A DNA stretch of 64,000 nt, the filler included, from Hyphochytrium catenoides (Eukaryota; Protista; Hyphochytriomycota): the NCBI GenBank assembly GCA_900088475.1. It is 14 parts of 14 records of this genome, joined end to end, with 100 filler letters (N's around TTAATTAATTAA, not from the genome) between each part and the next. Parts side by side here need not be neighbours in the genome. Positions count along the whole stretch, not along the records: positions 21,226 to 43,455 come from FLMG01004132.1; positions 43,556 to 46,221 come from FLMG01000512.1; positions 46,322 to 47,826 come from FLMG01000895.1; 11 more parts are not named here. The stretch is one strand, 5' to 3'. Under the pieces are notes generated by a model. It did no database searches. It was given only the letters and a program-made list of their open reading frames with translations, and was not told where the DNA came from. Positions 32,846-46,769 of the stretch are shown in pieces. The position numbers and the translations under genes are program-made. Positions within the stretch are counted from its first letter, which is position 1. Every line of letters begins with the position of its first letter.

Positions 32846-33499
32846 CGCACCTAGGAAGCGGCGATAGGCAGAATACAACTAGCAGAAGCTGTGCTGACGG
32901 TGGCTATTATCGAGCAGCATGAAGAGATACTTGGGAAAATGCTTTGCTATTCTTACGGTCGTCGCTAGAGCTGTGGAAAACGTGTTGCCTCATTCCTTTC
33001 CTTCTCTTCCTCTCTTAGTGTATCTTCGCGTCTTTCGTACTAAAGCTTCTCCTGGACTGAGACTTGTAATTAGGATGTTGTTTTGTTTTGAGGATGCAAC
33101 CAAGGTGGGAGAGTCCTAGTTCTTCTTAATGAGGACAGCCGCAATGCTACGTGGCACCGTCTCTTCTTTGTGATTGACCATTGAACAGTAGCGGTTAGCC
33201 CCATCTATTTTGTCGCTGCATTCTATCCTGTTGATGGCCAGTAGTACAACCTGTACGTAAGGAGGGTAGAAAAATGAGGTGGCTCTTCCTTCCTCCTCCT
33301 TTGTCTCCTCTTCCAAGCCATCACCATTATCCACCATAACAATATAGTCGTCAGTGTTCCTAAGTGCAGTGACATGAGAAAGTAGGAAGGACTCGAAGGC
33401 TCAGCGTCGTGTCTCCGGCATGACTGGATATCTCTTCATTACTTGTTGAGCCTCCCTTTCCTTTGTGGCTGACCTGCCACTGAACGCGCTCAGGGTTAT

Positions 33500-36400
33500 G
33501 GTCAACCACCTCAGCTCGCTTCTGAATGCTGCGGCACTTAGTGCTGACGCCTCAGCGGACATCTAGGTTGGTCCTGCATAAAGGTAGGGTTAATCATCAA
33601 TGCTGGTACGTAATACTAGACTGGCTTAAGCCTGGAACCGATTATTTGGCACCTATTTTTCGGCAACTAGCTCTAAGCAGGAGGTTGAGGCTGGCAACTA
33701 GACTGACAGCCAAGCTGGCGCTGATTAAGGGTTATGGTCAATCACGAATGCTTAGCCTAGGACCAAGCTACCACGGTGAATCAGCTGCCACTGAGACTGA
33801 CACCTAGGTTGGCATCTGGGCAGGCAACTTTCCACTAATCTGGTAATGATCTTTGCTAAAAACTACGCCGGATACAGCTAGCCTGACAAGCAGACTAAAA
33901 CATAATACGCGCGGCCTAGGGTCGACATCAAGAGTAAGAACCAAGGGGTCTCCGAAGCCGGTACGAGAGGCACGTAGGCTGAGCCTAAGTCTAACATTTG
34001 GCGCACACCTACGGCGTTAGCACCAGCGGTGGCTCTACTGCCTGGTGGCAAATTACGCTGACAACTAAATAAAGCTGGTAATGAGGAGTATCACAGGTAG
34101 TTGGCCTCGCTCCACGTAATACTGGTATGAGGCTTGGCATCTAAAGCTGCGACATGCCGCTTAGTGTTAGGGTTTATACCAAAAGCAAGATAGCAGCTAA
34201 GTGTGGTCTTAAGGGTGGCACCTGGCTGGGCCGACACCGAGGCAAGTTGACGCGAATAAAAGCGAGGGACGATCAGCAATAATGCTGGTACATATGTTGG
34301 CCCAAATCCCGGACCTAAGAAGAGACTCGCACCTACAATATATAAACAGCTAGGCAGCCACCTGTCTGGCAGCGGGGCTGACACCAAGGCGGCCAATTAA
34401 GCTGCATCTGCGGCTGCCGGTGATCTGAGCTGCTGGACACATTGGGGTGGTATTTAGGCGGGCGGGCAACTACTGCTGGCACCATGCCATGCAATCAAGT
34501 GGCCCCTAGGCTAATACCTATTTATTCTGGTATCGAGATTGAGGCGTACGCTGCAAGTTCGGCTAATACGTACGAAGGCTGGCAGCAAGAATCAAAAACA
34601 ACTCCAAGGCCTACATAGGTTGACACCTACAATGGTCCTTTCCGGCCTAAGGCTGCCATCAAAGGCCGACAACTCTAAGCAGCTGGCACTTTATGGCTGG
34701 CACCTACCTACCCTCGCACGTCGTATGCTGTTATCGAAGTTGGTACCTATGCTGCACCACCTCCTCCGGCCACCATGACTGGCGCTAAGGAAGGGGCCTA
34801 TGACAACTAAGTAGACCAACACGCAACAGCTGGCACCTAACCTGGACGCGTAGACTAGCACTTAGATGGGCTTATTAGGGTTAGACTAGCACTAAGATGG
34901 GCTTGTACGGTGGCACATAAGTCCGAGGCAACGCTTGACACCTTTTCCGCGCCAAGGCTGGCACCTACTAGCTAGTCGCTGGTAGGCTGACGCCTACGGC
35001 AGCAACCAGGCTGACACCAAGGAGGACACCTAATAAGCTGTAGGCTGGCACCCAACACTGCCGTTTAACCTAACCCTAAGACGGCTATCTAGGATGTCAT
35101 TTGAGGTTGTCACCACCTAGAATACTAGTTTCTATGGCGGTACCTGGCCTGACGCCTACGCTGAGACATAAGCCACTAGTACCTCCGCTTGATACCTAGT
35201 CCAACACCTAAATCATTGGCACGATTACTATATTAAGGGTGGAGGGTAGGCTACCACTTATGTTGTTTGGCACTTATGTTGGCACTAATGCTGCCACATA
35301 ATCTGCCACCACCAAAGGTTGACAGCAAGCTGAAAGGCCACAACAATGCAGCACTCATTTGAGGATAAAACTTACGGCTAAACAGTGAGCGTTTATCCGC
35401 ACCTTTGCCTTACCTGTACACCAGCAATATTTTCTGCCTTGTCTCTCCCTTTGTCTGTCCCTAAAAAGACCACTGGTGCTCCTAGCCGGTGCCATGTGAC
35501 CTACTACAAATCTTTATAAATTTTAGTTAGCACGTGATTGTCCACATTACAACGCTTTTACTGCTGAGAGGCCGCCTTCTGCGTCTGGTCTTGCCCAAGC
35601 AGACCGCAGTTAAGATCAGCCCATACTAACGTGTCTAGTCTTGGTCCTTGAGCCTATACAACGTGTCCAGCCCTTGGTCCTTTAACCAACCAACACTGCT
35701 GCTTGAGAGCGACACTGCTGCTTTAAAAGAAGGAGGCGATACCGCCATTTCCTGGAAACCCAGGTTGCTAGAGAAACTGGAAGGACTGACATAGGCACGC
35801 GCGCTATTTACGCAGCACCATCGCGACAACTGTATGATTACGAAGGCCAACGTGCTTGTGAACAACTCTACTTCAACAACTACTTACTACTGGGGCACGG
35901 TACCGCCTGTACAAAGAGCGTCAGTGCTCATGCTGCTGGACTTGAATGCGTCCGACCGACGAAGCGGCGCTGACCCAGGCTTCTTGAGAAAGAATAAGAT
36001 ATTCATCTTCTTATTACGCACCCTGAATGCCCTGCGGATGACGGCGATGTTCCTGTTTGTCTCTTGTGATGTATGACAATCCCCCTATTGTCCCCAAAGG
36101 CTATTCCCTAGGCTAGATCTGATCCGGGCGGGCACCGAGACTGGAGACCTAGGCTCGCACCAAAGTGCTAACTATAGTTGGCACCAATGCGGGATCATCG
36201 AACAAAAGTTGCGTCAAAGCGGGCACTTATGCTGGTTCCGACACTGGCACCTAGACTGGTACTACCTGGCCTGCTGGCACCTAGTTTGAAACATGATGAC
36301 CCCTACCTTCACAATTACGCGGGCATGTAACGCTGTCACCAAGGCGGGTGTCAAGGCGGATCTCTAGCCACCAGCTAAGGCCGCATATATGTCGGTCCTA

Positions 36401-39000
36401 GGCTATCCATTTCCTTCGCAATTAAGCGGGCATGTAACGCTGGCACCAAGGCGGGCATCAAGGCTGACTTCTAGCCAGCTAAGGCTGCATGTAGTACGTC
36501 AAGTCGGTCCTAGGCTATCGTTTTAGGCTTAGGCTGACACAGCGGCTGCAACGTATGCTAGCACGTGCGGCTGCTACCTTAGCTGCTGGGCTGTGCCTAG
36601 GGCTTGCACAATACTGGGGCCAGGCTACCATATAGATGGCACTTAGGGCCGGCACCAGGATATGCACCGGAGCTGGCACCAAGCCGGGTACCAAGGCTGC
36701 TGCTACGCTGGCGTCTAGTTTTGCCGTAGTGCGGTCGTTAGTTTCCAGGCTGGCACTAAGTGGGGACGTAGACTGGCACCGTTACCTAGGCTGGTAATTG
36801 AGCTGGAAGTCTTAGTTAAGTGCTCGTTGAAAGATAATGTGCTCATCGTAGGAGATTGACGAGTGAATGAAATGATCAACTGACAAGTGCTCATAAAGCT
36901 CTTGACAGGAGTTCTTATAGCTAGACTACTAAATTTTCTAACTACGAGCTATCACCCCTGAGCTGCTTCCTATACCCTTGAGTCCTTAAATAAGAGTGCA
37001 ACACACGTAAGATGATAGAAGTAGGAAGAGAGAGAAGAAAGATTTTTGCAGAAGAAACATGAAAGAAGAAAGGCATTCGAGAGCTTCGGTCCTTGGACCA
37101 GCGAAGAAGTTCAGAGCGCCGTCAGACCTTCCATCTGCAAAGTCTAGAGCAGATAACCAGCACGGTCTAGTGCAGCGACAGTGCGCGACAGACTCTCAGT
37201 GCAGAGTTCGAACGTCAGCAGTATTAGACGGGCACCCTCCGCTTGCTATTGAAGCTGGCACTAGTCTGACTCAAGGCGAGCACACAGTAGGTTGGTATTT
37301 ATGCTAATAGAGAAGATTATTGGACAGGCTTTATCAGAACACCTGGCACTGGTGCATACCTGACCATATGACCAGTGTGAACTGGCAGGCGTATCGGACA
37401 CAGAACTCAACACTGAAAGGCAGATGCCAAGCGCGGGAGGGGTTATCCCGGCAACTGCAGTCAACGACTGAACCCTGTTCCCCTTCTTTTTCTCTCTACT
37501 GCCTTGAAAGTCTACCTACTCTTTCTCTTCACCCCTTATGCCTTCTTCGCTTCCTCTTTCTTTTCCCAATTGGACTGCCCTCGCGTTGACTGTTTCCGCG
37601 ACAGTCTTCTTCTGCGTATTTCCCTGCATCGGGGTGTGGTCAGTCAAGCTAACAGGACTAAGGGACCCCACGAAAGACCTTCGTTCTGTCGTGGGTTACA
37701 GTTCTTTCAGGGGTCGTTAACAACCTACTAAGGTGGCCTATTGGGGTGGCACTTTAGCTCGGTATGAAGAAGCTGGCGGCAGCTAGAAAGGCTCCTAGGA
37801 TGGCAGCTAGGTTATCAAGTTTAAGGCTGACGCCGTTCTTGGCTTCTAAGGCGGGTGAAGAAGGGTATCACTAAAGCTGGGACCTATGGTGGTGGCCCTT
37901 TGGCTACTAGCGCCTTGTAACTAGATGACTAAGCTGGCAATTACATCTGCCACTTAGGGTCGCAGCAACAGGAGGAGGGGCAGTAATATAGGATGGCGTT
38001 TAGCCAGGTAAATAAGGTTTGCATTGTGGGACGTAGACTGGCACGAAACTAGCAGATCATATTTTACCGTGAGTGACAAATCTGATGGCCACTCAGGCTG
38101 GCACCTACTACTAGGCTTTCACCTAACTGATGAAACAGAATATCATCTAGGCTGGTAGCAGGGCTCGCACTATGTTTACACCTAAGGCTGCTAGGATGGC
38201 CTCGGGAATAGCACCTTTTGGGTGGCACCTACGCGTAGCTCGGACTCCTTATCCCTGTCATTAGGCTGGAAACGAAGACTGACATATAAGCTGGCACCAT
38301 AGCTAATGAGTAGCGCTCGCGTGCAAGGTTACTGCACGTAGATACTCTGCCCATCGTCGGGCTTAATTATCTAAGGTAATGTATGTGTGGCTGCTAGGGC
38401 TGGCTCTAGACTGATCTCAATACTACCCATGCATAGAATCCATCAGCAAAGGTATTACGTAGGTTGGCACCCATGCGGGCACATACGCCGCCACCTACAG
38501 CCGGCGCATAATAAGGCTGGCACCAAGGCTGCTGGGACAAAGAATGACACCAACATGGGCAACTAGGTTGCCACTTGAAGTTGACGCCGGACTGGTACAA
38601 TATCTAGGTTGTTACCTAGGCCGGCTCTGGCACCTGTTCTGGTAGCTAGGGTGGCACCTATGGTTCCTCGCATCAAGACTGGCACCGCAGAGTTGGTATC
38701 TAGGCGGCGCCTAAGGTCTGCGTAAAGGTAATTCTCGAATCTGGTATCATGGCTGATAATGATCTGGTACCTACTAGGTTGGTGCCTCATCTGACGCCTC
38801 TGGTAGGCCAGAGGCTAGGGTAGTGGGACCTGTGACTTGCATCAGAGTGTGCTTGACAGAGCTAGCTAGATATATATATGCGGCTCCTAAGGCTGGAATC
38901 CAGCATCCTGCTAACTGGGGCCTAGGTGGCAGAGCGAAGCCGGCTCCTAGACTGGTATTGTCAGGCACCACTACTGGCACCTAGCTGGTACTTATGTTGA
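33500..39000. repeat. Highly degenerate ~12-bp-unit satellite (consensus ~AGGCTGGCACCT/A), with interruptions
   Basis: Dozens of same-strand variants of ggctggcacc, ggctgacacc and ggcacctag; local duplications at ~36308-36519 (2 x ~107 bp) and ~34851-34904; no long ORF. Confidence 0.75.
36825..37722 (+). mobile_element. Possible solo LTR interrupting the satellite
   Basis: Satellite motif is absent. Begins cgttgaaag and ends cgttaaca, like the LTR at 51937-52409; TATA-like ttaaataag inside; no target-site duplication found. Confidence 0.35.
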
Positions 39001-42000
39001 CACGCAGACCTACATGAAAGACTGGCTTGAGCGCTCCATCTGCGTCTCTCCTCATCTTGCCCTCTCCTGGTAATATAACCCTTCTTATGGTGTTCTCTCT
39101 TGCCTCAACAGCTGGGACAACTCTTTGTCTCCTCTTCGTTCCCAGCAAGATTTCTGTCCTATACTTAGCGTACTCTATCTCTTCCGCTTTTAGTGAGCCC
39201 TAGTCGCCGCTTAGATAGATTCATTAACTTCTATTTGTCACCACTTTCCTTGGCTCCCACCTTATCCTACCTCTCCCTTCCATCACCCTTCTTTCCTCTG
39301 TTCCCCCCCCCCTCTNNNNNNNNNNNNNNNNNNNNNCTCTCTCTCTCTCTCTTTCTCTTTCTCCCAATATACGTACCACCATATGATACTTGACATACGT
39401 CGTCTCCTTTCTTTCACCGATGTTCATTTGCCACTTCTTGCTCCGAGCATTTCCTCTCTTCCTTTCCGTCTCTCTCATGCTCTCACTCTGTCTTTGTCCT
39501 TCTAGGCAATCTCTCTTTCTAGTTTTTTATTTCGACACTCCCTAACAACGATTCTTCAAATTATGGACCTCTTCTCCCTCTGCGGTTCTGTAACCCGATT
39601 TAGGCACCCTTGTTCTCTATTCTGGCCTACTTTTTTACCCTTCCCCAGCTTAACTCCCAAGTGTACCTAACTTCAATATTCGCCTCTAACCCCATCGTTT
39701 CTCTTTGCAGCGACTTTCGATAGAGCACTTTTCTCGATTCTCTGTGCAGCGACTTCTGATACAGCCCTTCTCTCCTATGTACAGGTTCTCAGTGCTAGGT
39801 CCTAGCACTTCTTAATCTCCTTCACTTCTCAATTAGCCCAACTCTCAGTCTCATCTGCAATGTCCACCGTCGGTACTTAAGTTTAGTTTCTGACTAGCGT
39901 TACTCGGATGATCAAGAGTTGCGTGACAGAATGTCGTGGACAGATTCAGCGACTGAAGAACGACATCAGCATATAGAACGCTCTGAAAAGAGGAACCTTT
40001 TGCCTGCAGAAGACCAGAGGGGAAAGAAAGCGGTAGCGACTAGAAAATAAAGGACCAGGGAAAAATAGATTTCCGTGGTCAAGGGCACGGAGGGAGCAGC
40101 TCTTCCGGCGTTATGAGCTGTTACCATGCTGACGACGGCTTGATAGGTCTATTAAGTATTTCATGGTCGTACCTATTGTTCATCCCTGGTATTACTTTCC
40201 GCAGCATTTCCGAGTCTCTTCCTTTACTCCGCTTTCGGAGCAACAAAGGATGTGTTCTGAACACCTCTTCCTCCTTCAACTCATCATAGCTTTATATTGC
40301 AGCTCGTATAGGTATAGTGCCCTGCTTCTCATGCTATCCCCCAAATCTGCGTTCATCTGTTCTACCGAGAAAATTTGACTGGGGCTTATTAGGTTCTTAG
40401 GTCAAAGCCCTTGCATCCGAGGACAATGAGAGGAACGAAGGAGGAAAGGTTGGCAGAGACATCTTCGGCAGGAATCCTGCAAGAAGGTAATCGGGACGGC
40501 AGAAGGAGGTCTGTCCTCTCCAGCGGGCGTCGGACAAGGGAGAGCGAATAGAAATCCAACCTACCCTCTGCATTTTGCCTTTGCCATAAAAGCCCACCTT
40601 TTCTCTGTCGAGTGATGGAAGAAATTCTGATAATACCCTAATGACTGCAAAAAGTAGAAAGAGCGAGAGAGAGAAATAGAAAGAGGGTAAGAGATCGAAG
40701 ACAGAAAGCGAGTGAAGTGGATGAAGGACCAGAGGAAGAAATAAATGAAAGGAGAAGAATGGAAAGTGGTAGCAATGGAATGCAAGGCAGTCAAAGGAAA
40801 GAGTCACATAGCTATAAGGAGGAAGGGCAAAAATAGGGGGAGACGAGGGAGCACATAAGCTCCTCTCGCTTATGAAGAGGACGTCGGGTAGCGTTTCTTT
40901 CTGCTCTCGTCAGCGGCCCTAAAATTAGAGGACGTCTTCTCCATATTGGGGCGCGTCTTGCTCTTTTAACGATACCATGCAAGAGGTACAGTGGCTGTCT
41001 TTTCTCTGTTCTGTCTGTTCTTCTATCGCTCTCGCTCCTTGTTTCTGATAGGCTTCTTGATTAGGAAGAGGGAGTGCGGTAGTGTTTCTCTCTGCTCTCG
41101 TCAACTGTTTTAAGACAAGTAAGACAACAACTTCTCCTCATTTCATGTCTTGCTGAGGCACTTCCTGCCTTTCCAACGACAACGATAACAGTCAGGAGAT
41201 ACAGGGGATGTCCTCTCCTTCCCTTCTCTTTCTCTCTGTTCTTCGCTGTTCCTCTATTCTTCTCGCTCCTTCAGGTGATGTAGGTAGTAAGCAGTGAAAG
41301 AGTCAGGCGGACGGAATAACAAAATGAACACTCCAAGCCTGAGCTGAGGAAAGGGAATAGAAATACAGTTTCTAATGGGAAGAAGGAGAGATAAAGACGA
41401 AGAGCAAGAGAGACTGAGCATCAGAAGAGGGGTGGTACAGAGGACGACGTTCGTGAAAATGAGCAGACAGAAGCAGGAACAGGGAAGTAGGAATAACTGA
41501 CACAACGTAGACATTAGAGAAGAAGGAGAAGCTAATAGGATAGGAGCTAATGAGGAAACGGACGGATCAACAGAAACGGAGCATTTCGGAGGTTAGGAAC
41601 GATAATGGAAAAGCGGTTGCTTAGAGGAAAATACGACTGGATAAAACAAGCAGCAAAGTAGGCAAAGAGCACCAAGAAACATTGTACAGAGTAGGGGCAA
41701 AGTAGGCAAAGAGCACCAAGAAACTTTTTACAGAGTAGGGGCAGTAGGTACGTTGGTATTATGTAGGGGCGATTTAGTAGGGGGCATTTTAGGCTAAAAA
41801 GGACAATGGGAGAGGAATTGCTACCCAGAGGAGAGATACAGAGGAAGAGCAAGGAAGCGAAAGAGCATCCAAAAGAGTCTCTACAGAGGACGGAGTTCGT
41901 CAGATTGATAGTAAACCAGAGCGCGGAGTAGGAGCGAGAAGAAAGAAGTTCATGAGGACTGGAGTAGGGGTAAGAAGCGCACAGGACAGGAGCAAGAAAC

Positions 42001-42762
42001 TACGTACAAGGATATGACACAGGGAGCATTAGGGCTATGGCAGGGCGTCTATGGCAGCGACTTATGGCCGCAAGTTATAGCAGCAGGGTATGGCGGTGGG
42101 TTAATGACGGCAACAGGTGATAGCAGCGGTAAGATAGAGTAATAATTACCCTTCCCCTTTCACAGAGGAGACAATGGTACCATCATTCGCTATTTCTACA
42201 AGTCGTCTTTAACACGTGACCTGACTGTCCTGCCCTTTATCGGTTTACAACGAATGCTTTATTCAGGAGGAAAGGAGAGGCATACCACATCGTCAAGCCA
42301 AGGGCTCGACGAACTTAATGAGGTAATATCTGAAGCTCGGTGCTTGAGAATTAAACCGAAGCTGAGCTTAGGGAATCTTCTGTCGCCTGTTCTACCTCCA
42401 TCTAGCGTACGACGGCTACCGTCCCTCGTAACAACTCGCCATCCACCGGTGAAGCGGGGCGGGCATTTGGACCATCGTCCTCAGAATCTGTTCCGAGTGC
42501 TAGTAAGAGAGGGGATCAACAAGAAGAAGCGCAGGAAAGGATGGCAGCGTGTCGAGCAGCCTCCCGGATAGGTCGAGAGCTAGATGGGGCCGAAGGTGGC
42601 AATGTGAGTGTCGAAGTATCCTGATTTTACAGAACGACAGGCACCGTAACGATATCTCCTTGTCAAATTCTCTGCGTTGCCTTTTAGCGTTCCGTATCTC
42701 GCAAGGGCTATGCCCAGCAGCCCCAACAGCATTCTTCTCCAAGTGCTTTAGCGAGGGGGCAA

Positions 42763-43455
42763 ATGCTGGAGGATAACGAGGTCAATCATAGACTGCAGCG
42801 CGTCTTGCAATTATCCGGTCCATCAACTCGTAGGGCGCAGGATATTCGACCAGACGAGCATAATGTGAGTCTTAACCCACGACACACTATCAACATAGTA
42901 ACTTCCGTTCTAAAGATATGTATGACACAGGGAGGTAGGGTTAGACCACAGCATCACGGTCTCCCTCTCGGTGCCGCAGCAAGGGAGGAGGTGATACGAA
43001 GGAATGTCACTTGTCGTAAATTGCACCTCATCCAGCAGTTTCTGTTTGAAGAAAGGCGCTCAAGTTCATCAACAGATCCTCCTTGTGCCTTCTGCTTTGT
43101 CGCCGAGGCGAAGAAGGGAGAAAGAGGACTGCCTCGGAGAAGTGAGGCTCTGTATCATCCTCTTCAAAATTGCTGGTCGGGAGTGAGGCCTCAGAAGCTT
43201 TGCTACAAGTGCTTTGGTCAACCCCACTCACCTGCAAGAAAGTGCCAGGTTGCTGATTCAAAGGTGAGGGCCGTGACTGGTGAAGTCTGCTACTATTGCC
43301 TTATCCCCAAACGGTTCGGCGAGGAAGAATCGCACTCAGCAAACACCTTTGGGAAACCAACGTGCTCACTAAAGATTCTCGTGGAGTTAGCTTGGGCAGG
43401 CACTCGGTTGTTTGGATTTGAGGAGGTCCTACGCAATGTAGAACCTCAGTTGTTC
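42763..43455 (+). CDS. Cys/His-rich zinc-binding fragment, paralogous to the YR-RecQ C-terminal tail; truncated by the contig end
   Basis: CAFC...HPLQNC...CYKC..PH....C...CYYCLIP...H...C; aligns with the 9295-9675 ORF. Confidence 0.6.
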
Positions 43456-43555
43456 NNNNNNNNNNNNNNNNNNNNNNNNNNNNNNNNNNNNNNNNNNNNT
43501 TAATTAATTAANNNNNNNNNNNNNNNNNNNNNNNNNNNNNNNNNNNNNNNNNNNN

Positions 43556-46221
43556 GAGGTCCTCGATGGAGGACAGCTCCAGTGATGGCCCGGCAACATG
43601 CCCGTGATTCGAAGGGATCTGCATCGCCTTAGCCGCGGCGACTGCTCCGTCCTTACGATGCACCATTCGGATAATTTGCAGGCTTCTCCAAGCACTGTGC
43701 TAGGACGACTAGTATTGGCACTGCTGCCGAAAGGAGCATCTTTGCTTATGAACTTCAGGAACCGTATTTTTACATACTATGCTCTGACAGAGATGTCGCA
43801 GAAAGGTTATCCTGGCCATTTCAGGGTTCGCTCTGCACTTCAACCTTTGACCTTCGATAAGTTCTGTCACGCTGCTTCGGCTTGTGTGCTTAAGAGGCGG
43901 TATTACCCAGCAATAATATATCTCGTCCTCTATTGCCCAATCATCCCCCCTCCGTGAGGCATCATTATAAAGTGATGACCAGGAGCAGCGTCTTCAACTT
44001 GCTCACCGTCACGGTGCTGCTATCTTTGAAAGAAGTCCGGTGTCCTTGTATAATATTAGCACTCTCTTCTCGGATCAGCACCTAGATAGTAGATTCACGG
44101 AAGAAGAAGAAGAAGGGGAACAAAGTGACACAACGAAAAATAGACGATCTCATCGTAAGAAACTTCAATGACCTCTATCGATGGTTTATGCCTTCTTCCC
44201 TCATCAGCACCAGGTACCTACTTGAGAGATGATGGTCGTGGATGGACGGAGCGCCTCACCGTCCGGCACCAGCAGAGAGAGACACCCTACCTACTCCTAT
44301 CACGGCGGCGGCAGTAACGAGACAACAGCAAGCATCCTGGTGCATCTTCTTCCTTCTATCGTCTCAGTGGTTGGCGCGCCGCCGTCCTCATCGCAGGCCA
44401 CAGAGGCAGGCAAACAGCCAGGAACAGCTTCACGTCCCCAACCTCCTGTCCCCTCCTCCCCTNNNNNNNNNNNNNNNNNNNNNNNNNNNNNNNNNNNNNN
44501 NNNNNNNNNNNNTACATCAAGCGACAGACCTCTACATTGTTGTACTACAACAACGCACGAGAAAGGTCATATGATAACATCATTGGATCATTGGCTTGAC
44601 GCCTATGTCCGTGTGTTTGTCTGTCTGTCGCTTTATTATCGTTGTGTTCTGGGGATCAAATTATCTGGTTGCTACTGCGCCTCCTCCTCCGCCGTCGTCC
44701 TGGACCGCCGCGGCTGCTCTTCTTCTCATCCGCACCAGCAGCAGCGGCAGCACGGTCAAAGACTAACCGCACGGTTCCTCCTCCTGTTGTCGTTGCCTCA
44801 GCCTTAGAAGAAGAGAAGCCTGTGGTGGTGGTGGCTACATGATGCTGCGGTGGTGGTTGATAGAGGAGCTGCTGATTGCTGATGCAGCAGGGCCAGCGCA
44901 TGTGCTGATGATACGCCGGATCGACATGCATGTGCGCGCGATGGTGGTGGGATTGATGATGCTTGAGAGACAGCAGGAGAAAGTAGAGAGTATTATCCAT
45001 CGGCTCGGAGTGCGATGCCGGAAATTACACCGAACATTATTGTTCGTCTGCTGCTGCATTAGGTCTTTGATTGGAAGAAGAAGCGAAAAAAAAGACAACA
45101 TCAGATTGAAAACTGGTGGGCGCTGCTGGGTCTGCTGGTTGTTTCCACCTCGGGGACACCACGCGTTGCAGGCATTATTACTCCTAAAGTAAGTATCTAG
45201 AACAGCGTCGCAAACAGGATTCAACACCATCACAGTGATGACGAGACGGAGGAAGTACTGCTGCTGCTGATAGTGGAGAAGGAGGAGGAGGAGAACTAGG
45301 AGGAGAAGGCCAGAGTAGGAGGGAGCAGAGGGACGTTTATTACCTTCCTTATAATAAGTAGTATATAGTACGGACGTCAAACAATAGAAGAGACACCTAA
45401 AACACGACGCGGACCTTATCTGGTGAATTCTGAAGCAAGCAAGGCGACAGTAGCTCTGCGGCGCTAGTAAATCACGCCCAGAGATATCCGCTTTCCATAA
45501 AAAATAACCCTACTAGTGCCTGCCATCACCACCATCAATGATGAAGCCCCGCGATGCAGGCGAATGTACGGCTGGCGGAGATGTGGGCATCACTGTTACT
45601 ACTGTCGATAATCTAAGGCCATCGTTGGAACATCCTCCGCTCGCGGTATGAGTAGTAGTGGTCGTTAGGCTCATGCACAATGCTCTTGATCTGTTGTCAG
45701 GTCTCAACACTGTCGTTTTACTCCATCCGCCGCCCGTATCCTTGACTCCAGGTGACCAATGTCGTTACGGTGATGATGACGAGGAGGAGAGCAACGTTCT
45801 TCAAGCTGTTATCTTGTACCAATGACCCTAGCGTCGTAACCTGTACTGCTTACCGAGCGGAATGGAGGACTGATAGGTAACCATAGCGTCGGCTTTATTC
45901 TTCTTGACGCATCAGCCCTCTATGCCTACGTCATGTGATCCGGGTGACCAAAAGTCAGTCAACTAGACACGAGTTCGTCTTTAAGTTTGAGACTACGATA
46001 ATGGCAGAAGCGATAGCGACTGAAGTTGGTAGAGTAGTCGTTGTCGTCACACCAGATCGTATCGAAGATTGGGTGACTGCACCTACGCAGGAGGCAGCAG
46101 TTCCTTATTAGTACTGTTGGCGGAGATTCCTCTCCACCCAATCGCTCTGTCTCCCTTGTATTTCGTTGCCAGGGCTGCTGCTGCTGCAATATGGTACTGA
46201 CGACAACAGGAGCTACAGGCT
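43556..46221. repeat. ~2.6-kb repeat unit, copy A (entire contig)
   Basis: Collinear with 47927-50542; same first (gaggtcctcgatgg) and last (ggagctacaggct) bases; scattered substitutions and indels. Confidence 0.95.
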
Positions 46222-46769
46222 NNNNNNNNNNNNNNNNNNNNNNNNNNNNNNNNNNNNNNNNNNNNTTAATTAATTAANNNNNNNNNNNNNNNNNNNNNNN
46301 NNNNNNNNNNNNNNNNNNNNNCTCCCGGAGCAGTATGAGGCGCCAAGCTATCATCATCAACAGGCTAACGAGCGGGCCCAGTACCAGCAGCAGAGAGGAG
46401 GAACTCAGCAGTACTATCAGCAACATGAACATGGCGCAGATCCGCGATATGACCCACGCTATAAACCGGGAGAGGTCGTTGAGTTCTAGAGGTGTCTTGC
46501 TCTCGGTCCATCAGATATCCAGGGCAAGAAGAAAGTGCTTTGCTGTTTAAATAGTCACCTTGTAGCCTCGGAAACTACCAAAACCTGCCTACCTTGGCTG
46601 GCTCTCCTTTTCTTTCTCTCTCGGTCTCTCTTCCTCTGTCGCTACCTCTCTCCCTCTTCGCTCTTTACCCTTCCTTTTTCCGCACGGATACCATAGCCTA
46701 ACTTATAGATCGAAGTCAGTGAAATGTCGCCAGGTTGCCCCCCTACTCTCTTCCTCTCTCTCAGCTCAT

